Below are positions 47,412 through 55,518 of a stretch of 55,518 nt of DNA, piece after piece. The position numbers and the translations under genes were made by a program. The stretch is taken from the NCBI GenBank assembly GCA_036720575.1, contig DAIMMR010000001.1, forward strand, positions 1 through 55,518. The letters run 5' to 3'. Below the pieces are notes generated by a model, which saw only the letters and a list, made by a program, of their open reading frames with translations, was not told where the DNA came from and did no database searches. The stretch's first letter is position 1. Each line of letters opens with the position of its first letter. The stretch is from Clostridium sp. Its GTDB lineage: Bacteria; Bacillota; Clostridia; Clostridiales; Clostridiaceae.

Positions 47412-48225
47412 TTGATTTTAACAAGCATATAAAAGTTGATTTCTTTAGCATTAATTCCTCTACTTGCATCATTTCTATTGCCAGATATATTTAAAAATAT
47501 AAATTTAACTTTAACTTTTTCATTTTCTTCAGTTAGTGTCATTTCATCAGGTGATAATGCATTTTCTTTTGAAACCATACCATATTTATCAATGAGATCT
47601 TTTACAAAAGAACTCAAATTCTTAGTGTAAATTTGACTGCCTTTATAATTTATTTTTAGAACAGATGTTTCATAGTTATAAGAAACACTTAAAGCCTTTA
47701 GGAAGATATTTAACATCTTGAAGATTGTGATTTTTATTAAAGTAATCAAGTATACTGCTAATTTTAGATTTATCTTCTTTAGAAATATCAGGAGAACTTT
47801 GTATTTTTCCGTTTTTGAACATCTTATCTTTTATAAGTATATTTTCAAGTCTATTATTTTGGCTTGTTTTTGAAATAGAGTAACTACTTAAAGGTCCGAA
47901 TACTGAAATTAAAGCTACTATGGAAAGAGTAAAAGGAATCAATATGTTTCTAATTTTTTTAATAAATGATAAATATATCATTATAAAAAATAACCAAATA
48001 CCTAAAATAAGTATCAAGTGATTCTTAGGTTCAGGTGGAGTTTGCTTATAAGGAATACCTTTTCTCCATCTGAACCTTAGAAGAACTTATCCAGGCGCGT
48101 AGCAGTGCTTATCCCCCGCTTTAAAGAAGATGGGGGTGTTAGCAATGGTAGCGATCGGATAAAGTATCTTTTTTCTGTTACTCCATAAGCATTTATACGT
48201 ATGCCTATGGAAATAAACATCATTA
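47408..48225 (-). pseudogene. DUF4153-like membrane protein, 5'-truncated, frameshifted and interrupted by repeat A7
   Basis: Removing 48013-48158 restores 'MMFISIGIRINAYGVTEKRYFILILGIW...FGPLSSYSISKTSQNNRLE'. The frame changes near 47700. Confidence 0.8.
48013..48163 (-). mobile_element. family A structured repeat, copy A7 (inserted in a gene)
   Basis: Reverse complement of A1 with few differences; a 146-bp net insertion in the DUF4153-like frame. Confidence 0.92.
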
Positions 48226-48348
48226 ATATTGTAAAATTAATAATGTAGTAATATGGAGTGAAAATCTTTATAATTAAAGTAAAATGTAGGAAAACTAATT
48301 TTGAAATTTCCTAAATATTATTTTTATAGAAAAGGAGTAAAATTTTAT

Positions 48349-50136
48349 ATGGTACAGACAAAAAGAAGAGATGAAATATTAAAAGAAGATAAATGGAAGG
48401 TAGAGAAAATATATAAAGATATAGAAAGCTGGAAAAAGGACTTTGAAAAGTTAAAATCCATGGCACCAAAATTAAGTGAATACGCTGGTAAATTATCTGA
48501 AGGTAAGGAGCTTTTAGAATATTTTAAGCTGGATGAAGAAGTTTCAAGATTGGCAGGAAAACTAGCTATTTTTGCACACATGAAAAATGATGAAGATACG
48601 ACTAATCCTACTTTTCAAGTTTTAAGAGATAAAATATATGCATATAGTGCTGAAATAAAAAGTATAGAAGCATTTTTTATTCCTGAAATATTGAGTTTGC
48701 CAGAAGGAACTATAGATAAATTTATGAAGGCTGTTCCCGAATTAAATATATATAAGTTTTTACTAGAAAGAATTTTGAAAAAGAAGCCTCATACTTTAAG
48801 TGTGGAGCAGGAGGAACTTATAGCTTCAGTATCAGATTGCTTAAATGCCCCAGAGAAAGTGTACAGTATGTTATCTAATGCAGATATGACTTTCCCAAAA
48901 ATAAAGGATGAGAGGGGAAAAAGAGTTGAGCTTACGGATGTAAATTATTCAGGTTTTATAAGGTCTAAAAAGAGATCTGTTAGAAAAGAAGCCTTTAAAG
49001 CCCTATTTAGCACTTATAAAAAATATAAAAATACTTTAGCTGCAGCACTTACTTCAAATATTAAAAATTTTGTTTTTATATCAAAAACTAGAAAGTATAA
49101 AAGTTCAATGGAATGTTCATTAAAACCTAATGATATTCCGTTAGATGTTTACAATAATACGGTTGATACTGTAAATAATAATTTAAAGTCCCTGCACAGA
49201 TATGTAAGCATTAAAAAGAAACTTTTAGGACTTCATGAAATGCATATGTACGATTTGTATGTACCTCTAATAGACACTGTAGAAGAACATATAGAATTTG
49301 ATGAAGCAGTAAAAATAGTGCAGGAAGGATTAAAGCCTTTAGGAGAAGAGTATTTAGATATATTTGATGAAGGAATAAAGAATGGATGGGTAGATGTATA
49401 TCCAAACAAAGGCAAAAGGGGAGGAGCTTATTCTACAGGGGATTATGATACTATGCCTTATGTACTTTTAAATTATGACTATAAGCTTACAGATGTTTCT
49501 ACTTTAGCACATGAAATGGGTCATTCCATACATTCCTATTATTCGAGAAAAAATCAACCTTATATATATTCAGATTATTCTCTTTTCTGTGCAGAAGTGG
49601 CTTCAACTACTAATGAAAGCTTATTAATACATTATTTAATTGACAATGAAAAGAATAAAAAAAGAAAGCTTTATCTCATAAATCAAGAATTAGAGCAAAT
49701 TAGGACTACTGTATTCAGACAGGTTATGTTTGCCGAATTCGAAAAAGTAACTCATGAAAAAATAGAGAATGGAACACCACTTACAGGAGAAGATTTATGT
49801 AAGATTTGGAGAGAATTGAATGTAAAATATTTTGGACCAGATATTGTTGTAGATGAAGAAATAGATATGGAGTGGTCGAGAATTCCTCATTTTTATTGGG
49901 ATTTTTATGTATATCAGTATGCTACAGGCTATGCAGCAGCACATTCTTTTGCTAATGCAATACTAGAAAATGGAGAAAAGGCTGTAGAAGCGTATAAGGG
50001 ATTTTTGAAGAGTGGATCCAGTGATTATCCAATAAATGTACTCAGAAAAGCAGGAGTAGATATGACTTCACCTAAGCCTTTAGAGGATACTATAAAGAGA
50101 TTTGATGAATTATTAGATATGTTAGAAACTGTGTAA
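48349..50136 (+). CDS. pepF: oligoendopeptidase F (M3B)
   Basis: 'GKRGGAYS', 'TLAHEMGHSIHS', 'AEVAST.NE', 'RIPHFY..FYVYQYATG' motifs; AAGGAG RBS before ATG 48349. Confidence 0.95.
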   Translation: MVQTKRRDEILKEDKWKVEKIYKDIESWKKDFEKLKSMAPKLSEYAGKLSEGKELLEYFKLDEEVSRLAGKLAIFAHMKNDEDTTNPTFQVLRDKIYAYSAEIKSIEAFFIPEILSLPEGTIDKFMKAVPELNIYKFLLERILKKKPHTLSVEQEELIASVSDCLNAPEKVYSMLSNADMTFPKIKDERGKRVELTDVNYSGFIRSKKRSVRKEAFKALFSTYKKYKNTLAAALTSNIKNFVFISKTRKYKSSMECSLKPNDIPLDVYNNTVDTVNNNLKSLHRYVSIKKKLLGLHEMHMYDLYVPLIDTVEEHIEFDEAVKIVQEGLKPLGEEYLDIFDEGIKNGWVDVYPNKGKRGGAYSTGDYDTMPYVLLNYDYKLTDVSTLAHEMGHSIHSYYSRKNQPYIYSDYSLFCAEVASTTNESLLIHYLIDNEKNKKRKLYLINQELEQIRTTVFRQVMFAEFEKVTHEKIENGTPLTGEDLCKIWRELNVKYFGPDIVVDEEIDMEWSRIPHFYWDFYVYQYATGYAAAHSFANAILENGEKAVEAYKGFLKSGSSDYPINVLRKAGVDMTSPKPLEDTIKRFDELLDMLETV

Positions 50137-50170
50137 GGTAAAATTAAATGGATTAGGCGGAGGAAAACAC

Positions 50171-51928
50171 ATGAAGAAGAATTCATCACAAAAAGAATTT
50201 AAAAAATTAAAAAGTCAAATTAATCATATTGAAGAGATCGTATATTATTCAAAACCAGGAGCACTTATAGAACATGAAAGTTCCATAAGAAAAAAGCTAG
50301 TTAAACTTAAAGAGATGAAAAATGAAGGATTAAAGGACTTTGAAGATGTATATGAAAGCTATGAAGAATTACTGGAAAATGTATCAAAGAGAATACTTGA
50401 TAATTACAATAAGAAGAACAATACACACTTTGATTTTTATGAAATTATAAAAGAAAGTTACAATGCTTTTTTAAATTCAGGCATAATGACAGTGCTTACT
50501 AAAAATCATATACCTAAATTAATTGCTGAAGAGTTTGAAAAAACATTTCCTGATAATCCTAAGGATGAATATATTGAGACTAGACACATGAAGAGAAAAT
50601 TCTATATTCATTTAGGGGATACGAATACAGGTAAAACTTACAATGCTGTAGAACGCCTCAAAACGGCAAAGAAAGGAATATATTTATCGCCACTTAGAAT
50701 TCTTGCTTTGGAGAATTTCGAAAAGTTAAATAAAGAAGGCATAACTTGTGATTTATTAACTGGTGAAGAAGAAGTATTAAAGATAGGCTCAACCCATACT
50801 TCCTGTACAATAGAAAAACTTAATTTAAGGGAACACTATGATATAGCTGTTATTGATGAAATTCAAATGATTAGTGATAAGCAAAGGGGAATGGCATGGA
50901 GCAGGGCTTTATTAGGGTTAAAATGTGATGAAATTCATATATGTGGAGCTCTTAATGCTAAAGATATACTAGAAACGATTATAAATGATTGTGAAGATGA
51001 GTATGAGATAAAAGAATATAAAAGAAGTATTCCTCTAGAAGTTGAAAATAAGAAATTTAATTATGATGACATCAAGGAAGGTGACGCTGTTGTAGTTTTT
51101 TCTAAAAAAAGAGTGCTGGAGATAGCACAGAAATATTCAAGTAAAGGCATTAAAGCCAGCATAATATATGGAGATTTGCCTCCGGAAGTTAGAAAAATGC
51201 AGTATGAGCAATTTACAAATAAGGAGACAAAGGTGCTAGTTACCACTGATGCAATAGGTATGGGAGTCAATTTGCCTATTAGAAGAATTATTTTTATAAA
51301 TATAAAAAAGTTTGATGGCGAAGAAGTACGGGAACTTACATCACAAGAGGTAAAACAGGTAAGCGGACGTGCGGGACGAATAGGTATTTATGATATAGGT
51401 TATATAGCTAGTGCTGGAGATACTCAAGATTTTATTAAATCCAAGTTGGAAGCTGAAGATGAAAAAATAGAAAAAGCAGTTATTGGTCCATCAGATGCAA
51501 TATTAAAAATCAAGAGTTTGCCTTTAAATGAAAAGTTGGCTTTGTGGGGGACTAGAGAAGAAAAGTTAGATTATTATACAAAGATGGACATCAGCGAATA
51601 TATATTGATTTTAGATAAAATAAAGAAATATAAGCTAAAAGAAGAAGATCAGTGGGATTTATTGAAGGTTCCCTTTGATGTTTCAAGAGAAGATTTAATG
51701 AATGAGTTTTTGAAATACGTGGATGAATTATTTGTCAATAAACAAGATAGTTTATTTAAACCACAATGTTTTGTTGGCAATTTAGATGATTTGGAAATAT
51801 ATTATCAAAAGATAAATATGTATTACTCATTTTCTAAAATATTTAATTTGAAATTTGACGTTGACTGGGTTTACAGTGAAAGAATAAAAGTAAGTGAGGA
51901 AATAAATGAAATATTAGTTAGAATATAA
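50171..51928 (+). CDS. SUV3-like SF2 helicase
   Basis: 'HLGDTNTGKTY', 'PLRILA.E', 'IDEIQMI.D.QRG.AW', 'TDAIGMGVNL.IRR' and 'Q..GRAGR' motifs. Confidence 0.9.
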   Translation: MKKNSSQKEFKKLKSQINHIEEIVYYSKPGALIEHESSIRKKLVKLKEMKNEGLKDFEDVYESYEELLENVSKRILDNYNKKNNTHFDFYEIIKESYNAFLNSGIMTVLTKNHIPKLIAEEFEKTFPDNPKDEYIETRHMKRKFYIHLGDTNTGKTYNAVERLKTAKKGIYLSPLRILALENFEKLNKEGITCDLLTGEEEVLKIGSTHTSCTIEKLNLREHYDIAVIDEIQMISDKQRGMAWSRALLGLKCDEIHICGALNAKDILETIINDCEDEYEIKEYKRSIPLEVENKKFNYDDIKEGDAVVVFSKKRVLEIAQKYSSKGIKASIIYGDLPPEVRKMQYEQFTNKETKVLVTTDAIGMGVNLPIRRIIFINIKKFDGEEVRELTSQEVKQVSGRAGRIGIYDIGYIASAGDTQDFIKSKLEAEDEKIEKAVIGPSDAILKIKSLPLNEKLALWGTREEKLDYYTKMDISEYILILDKIKKYKLKEEDQWDLLKVPFDVSREDLMNEFLKYVDELFVNKQDSLFKPQCFVGNLDDLEIYYQKINMYYSFSKIFNLKFDVDWVYSERIKVSEEINEILVRI

Positions 51929-52225
51929 ACTTTTACAGTTTAAAAAAATTGCGTCGCAATATTTTTGAGAGGACAGAGGACAATTGACAGAGGACAGTGA
52001 AGGAGGATTTTTCTCCGCTGCACTACGAAAAATCTTTAATTAAATTTTTAATGACTCATTTCACTAAAGTGAAATATTGCTGACTTATATAAATTAGTTT
52101 TCTGACGTAAGGAAGAAAACTCACCTTCACTGTCAATTGTCCTCTGTCAATTGTCCTCTTGAAAAAGTTGTTTCGCAAAGTTTTTATAATTAAGTCAAAA
52201 TTTTATATGTGCAAAAGTTGAGTTA
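51926..52225 (-). mobile_element. family B MITE-like repeat, copy B4
   Basis: Reverse-orientation copy ending TTAAGTCAAAATTTTATATGTGCAAAAGTTGAGTTA; heptamer arms AGAGGAC/AATTGAC versus GTCAATT/GTCCTCT. Confidence 0.88.
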
Positions 52226-52235
52226 GAATATAACT

Positions 52236-52844
52236 TTATTGTATTATGTGAGAAAAATACCTTTTGGGAATATATCCTTTCTTAATCCCCTCTGTTACTA
52301 TCAAGTAAGTTGCTGTAGTATCAAATCTGGCATCGTGAAAATTCCCAGTACCGTTAAAGTATTTTTTACTTACAGAATTTATGTATGGATCTTCTATATG
52401 AAGAAATCTTATAACTTCTTCAAGCCTTGGGGCCTTGCATTTATTATATCTGTTTTTAAGGTTACATATATTTTTATAGTAATTCATAGTGCAAAAGGTA
52501 TGTTTTATGTTTAATATTTCATTACAATTTTTAAATTCAGAAGATAAAAATTTAATATCAAAGTTTACATTATGGCCTATTAGAATATCTGCATTTTGAA
52601 AATCATTTAAAAATTCATCTAAATGATCTTTAAAGTTCATACCGCTGCTTAGCTTGTACAAGGTTTCCACAGAAAAACCGTGTACTTTTTCTGCACTAGG
52701 CTCTATATAATCCACAGCAAAGAAAATATTTTTACCTATGGTTTTGGTTGGCTTTGCACTGGTGTCAACAAGAATATAGCTTAGTTGGCATATGTTTCCG
52801 GGCTTTAAACCAGTTGTTTCTGTGTCAAAAAATATCATGTTCAT
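52236..52844 (-). CDS. DEDDh 3'-5' exonuclease (DnaQ-like)
   Basis: 'FDTETTG', 'GHNVNFD' and 'HDARFD' motifs. Confidence 0.92.
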   Translation of the reverse strand: MNMIFFDTETTGLKPGNICQLSYILVDTSAKPTKTIGKNIFFAVDYIEPSAEKVHGFSVETLYKLSSGMNFKDHLDEFLNDFQNADILIGHNVNFDIKFLSSEFKNCNEILNIKHTFCTMNYYKNICNLKNRYNKCKAPRLEEVIRFLHIEDPYINSVSKKYFNGTGNFHDARFDTTATYLIVTEGIKKGYIPKRYFSHIIQ

Positions 52845-52974
52845 TCAAAGACGTCCTCCTAAATTTAAGCTATATCCATTATAACATTATGGGGGAGTTA
52901 TATTTGCGCAATTAATAAAATTAATGGTAAAATTATTATAGGGCAAAAGAAAATAATGCAGTTGGAGGGGTACT

Positions 52975-53820
52975 ATGAAAAAGAAACATAATAGAAGAGT
53001 TTCTATTGCAATAAGAATATTGTTAATGTTAGTGGGAGCGTGCCTGGACGCAGTAGGATTGAAGTTTTTTTTGATACCAAATGATGTTATTGATGGAGGC
53101 ATAAGTGGTATATCCATTATGGTAAGTCACTTTACATCAATACCTCTTGGAGTATTTATACTATTATTTAATATTCCTTTTATCATTATAGGATACAAAA
53201 ATATTGGCAAGGATTTTACAATTGCCACATTTTTTTCAGTAATTTCACTTTCAGTTATGACATCAGTGTTTAATCCTAAAATAGGGGTAACAAATGACCC
53301 ACTTCTTGCAGCTATATTTGGGGGTATAATACTTGGAATAGGTGTAGGACTTATGATAAGAAGCGGAGGGTCATCGGATGGAACGGAAATTGTAGCTATA
53401 TTTTTAGATAAAAAAAGTGGTTTTTCTGTTGGTGAAATAGTAATGTGTTTTAATGTATTCATACTTGGAAGTGCAGGTTTTGCATTTGGATGGGACAGGG
53501 CAATGTACTCATTAGTAGCTTATTTTATAGCATCTAAAGCTATAGATGTAACTTCTCAAGGGATTGACGAGTCAAGGTCAGTTATGATAATTTCAGACCA
53601 GCATGAAGAGATAAGGGATATGATTTTAAAAGATTCAGGACGTGGAATAACTCTTATAAAAGGAGTAGGGGGCTATTCCAATCTCCCTACTAATGTAATT
53701 TTTGTAATAGTGTCACGACTTGAGATATCACGTTTAAAGTCAATCGTAAATGACATAGATGATGATGCACTTATAGTAATGCAAAGTGTAGAGGTCTCAG
53801 GCAAGAATTTTCAAAAATAA
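52975..53820 (+). CDS. YitT family membrane protein
   Basis: 'PN..IDGGISG', 'NIPF', 'GGSSDGTE' and 'RGIT...G.GGYS' motifs. Confidence 0.9.
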   Translation: MKKKHNRRVSIAIRILLMLVGACLDAVGLKFFLIPNDVIDGGISGISIMVSHFTSIPLGVFILLFNIPFIIIGYKNIGKDFTIATFFSVISLSVMTSVFNPKIGVTNDPLLAAIFGGIILGIGVGLMIRSGGSSDGTEIVAIFLDKKSGFSVGEIVMCFNVFILGSAGFAFGWDRAMYSLVAYFIASKAIDVTSQGIDESRSVMIISDQHEEIRDMILKDSGRGITLIKGVGGYSNLPTNVIFVIVSRLEISRLKSIVNDIDDDALIVMQSVEVSGKNFQK

Positions 53821-53876
53821 GTATCAATTGTTTTAAATATGTAGTTTCACATAGTTAAAACAAATTGATGAATGTT

Positions 53877-53914
53877 AAAGGGATTGGCTAATACATTTGA
53901 CCGATCCCTTTTTG
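53877..53914. terminator. bidirectional terminator
   Basis: AAAGGGATTGG / CCGATCCCTTT between convergent genes. Confidence 0.7.
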
Positions 53915-53923
53915 TGATTAAAG

Positions 53924-55210
53924 TTATTTAATACAATTTAATGCTTGTGAAATATCAGAAATTAAATCTTCCTTGTCTTCAATGCCGCAGCTTATACGAA
54001 TTAACTCTGCTGGAACACCAGCTTCCTTTAATTGTTCGTCATTCATCTGACGGTGTGTACTTGTTGCAGGATTTAGACAGCAGGTACGAGCATCTGCCAC
54101 ATGGGTTTCAATGGCTGCAAGCTTGAGATTTTTCATAAATATTCCTGCTGCTTCACGGCCGCCTCTTAAACCAAAGGAAACAACACCACAGGAACCATTT
54201 GGTAGATATTTTTTTGCAACTTCATAGTATTTATCACCCGGCAGGCCGCAGTAGTTAACATAGGCAACCTTTGGGTGATTTTGAAGAAATTCTGCAACAG
54301 CTTGACCGTTTTCGCAATGACGCGGCATGCGAACATGAAGGCTTTCCAGTCCTAAATTTAAGATGTATGCATTTTGTGGTGACTGAATAGAACCAAGGTC
54401 ACGCATTAATTGGGAAGTACATTTAGTAATGAAAGCTCCTTCTTTACCAAATTTTTTGGCATAGGTAATACCATGGTAACTGTCATCTGGTGTGCAAAGT
54501 CCTGGAAATTTATCAGCATGAGCCATCCAATCAAAATTTCCAGAGTCTACAATAGCCCCACCTAAGGCCGCACCATGACCATCCATGTATTTTGTAGTGG
54601 AATGGGTAACAATGTCTGCACCCCATTCAAAAGGACGACAATTAATAGGTGTTGCAAAAGTATTATCTACAATAAGTGGAACACCATGTGCATGAGCAGC
54701 ATTTGCAAATTTTTCGATGTCTAGTACAGTAAGAGCAGGATTAGCAATTGTTTCACCAAAAACTGCCTTTGTATTATGTTGAAAAGCAGCATTTAGTTCT
54801 TCTTCTGTACAATCAGGAGAAACAAATGTAGCAGTAATACCCATTTTGGACATAGTTGTGGAAATTAGGTTAAAGGTACCTCCGTAAATGCTGGAAGAAG
54901 CAACAATATGGTCTCCACAAGTACAAATATTAAACAAAGCAAAGAAATTGGCAGCTTGACCTGAGGAAGTTAGCATTGCAGCAGTACCGCCTTCCATATC
55001 TGCAATTTTGGCAGCGACGTGGTCATTTGTTGGATTTTGAAGCCTGCTATAAAAATAGCCAGTGGCTTCCAGGTCAAACAATTTTCCCATATCTTCACTG
55101 GTATCATATTTAAAGGTTGTACTTTGTATAATAGGAACCTGACGGGGTTCTCCGTTGCCTGGTTTGTAGCCTGCCTGTACACATTTTGTATTCATTTTAT
55201 AATTAGTCAT
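53924..55210 (-). CDS. metY: O-acetylhomoserine aminocarboxypropyltransferase (sulfhydrylase)
   Basis: 'YSRLQNPT', 'SSGQAA', 'VDNTFATP', PLP lysine 'HSTTKYMDGHG' and 'PATSTHRQ' motifs. Confidence 0.92.
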   Translation of the reverse strand: MTNYKMNTKCVQAGYKPGNGEPRQVPIIQSTTFKYDTSEDMGKLFDLEATGYFYSRLQNPTNDHVAAKIADMEGGTAAMLTSSGQAANFFALFNICTCGDHIVASSSIYGGTFNLISTTMSKMGITATFVSPDCTEEELNAAFQHNTKAVFGETIANPALTVLDIEKFANAAHAHGVPLIVDNTFATPINCRPFEWGADIVTHSTTKYMDGHGAALGGAIVDSGNFDWMAHADKFPGLCTPDDSYHGITYAKKFGKEGAFITKCTSQLMRDLGSIQSPQNAYILNLGLESLHVRMPRHCENGQAVAEFLQNHPKVAYVNYCGLPGDKYYEVAKKYLPNGSCGVVSFGLRGGREAAGIFMKNLKLAAIETHVADARTCCLNPATSTHRQMNDEQLKEAGVPAELIRISCGIEDKEDLISDISQALNCIK

Positions 55211-55293
55211 TTTATTACATCCTTTCTTGAAGATAATAATATAAACATTATAATTTTAATATTCTATCACTTCAAGTGAAAATTAGTATAAGA

Positions 55294-55366
55294 ATTTTGA
55301 AAACCTAAAGGGACTTAGATAAACTTGTACCTCAGACATATCTAAGTCCCTAAGGTTTTCTAAAAT
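55294..55366. repeat. long imperfect inverted repeat (~28-bp arms) upstream of metY
   Basis: ATTTTGAAAACCTAAAGGGACTTAGATA ... TATCTAAGTCCCTAAGGTTTTCTAAAAT. Confidence 0.75.
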
Positions 55367-55492
55367 ATCAAACTAAGACTTAGGCATTTTCAAAGAAATA
55401 ACTAGTCAATATGCTAGCCTATTTTTTATCATACTGCGTCGGTAGAACCCTTAGATAGGATTCACTATCTGCGGAACCTGCCTCCTTGTCTG

Positions 55493-55518
55493 ATAAACAA
55501 AGTTCTTGGCATCAGATG
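55493..55518 (-). mobile_element. family A copy A8 (cut by window edge)
   Basis: The reverse complement CATCTGATGCCAAGAACTTTGTTTAT matches the end of A3 with one mismatch. Confidence 0.75.

Noticed and set aside
48009..48168. 7-bp AAGTATC as target-site duplication of A7
   Set aside because: Other copies show that ATC and ATAAA belong to the conserved element or target ends. The 146-bp excision restores a more plausible protein (RYFILILG), and the intact gene already contains the near-repeat.
55367..55500. SAM-I riboswitch or T-box upstream of metY
   Set aside because: The minus strand begins TTATCAG but lacks the SAM-I core (GAGGGA..GGCCC..GAA.C..GCAACC, GGTGC) and has no T-box AGGTGGTACC motif.

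Overview
Very AT-rich chromosomal window from a spore-forming Clostridium. CWB2 cell-wall repeats, SigK-like promoters and the gene repertoire resemble the C. ljungdahlii/autoethanogenum group, but that is inference only. No rRNA, tRNA, CRISPR array or intact transposase is visible. Content in order: (1) sporulation-type genes and a CWB2-GH18 hydrolase (0-4 kb); (2) a Cys-rich putative coat/exosporium gene followed by a large glycosylation locus with six intact GT2-type genes in two paralog families, ugd and a CgeB-like GT (4.4-17.2 kb); (3) orphan chemotaxis genes (receiver-CheX, CheX, MCP) and LysE; (4) two more Cys/His-rich small proteins, a 5'-deleted marR and a heterodimeric ABC exporter; (5) a second surface locus with a GT-methyltransferase-methyltransferase fusion, a 99-aa Ser/Thr-rich beta protein, a DNRLRE-domain protein ending in a copy of that same domain, and a TPR-GT2; (6) BlaI/M56 and VanW; (7) a putative sulfur-compound catabolic cluster (GGT, MATE remnant, GntR, ATC-hydrolase-like, cysteine desulfidase, YkvI-like permease) with a long structured leader; (8) pepF, a SUV3-like helicase, a DEDDh exonuclease, YitT and metY. 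Main discoveries: (a) an 8-copy modular mobile repeat (family A) with compensatory base changes and a reconstructable empty site inside a gene; (b) a 4-copy MITE-like family (B) whose arms are copy-specific, mutually complementary 7-nt tandem arrays; (c) a candidate glycosylated fibre/appendage system; (d) a candidate four-way-junction leader RNA; (e) many deletion scars, including ABC-F-like and RfbH-like remnants that the ORF track misses. All family assignments come from motif recognition by eye, not from database searches.
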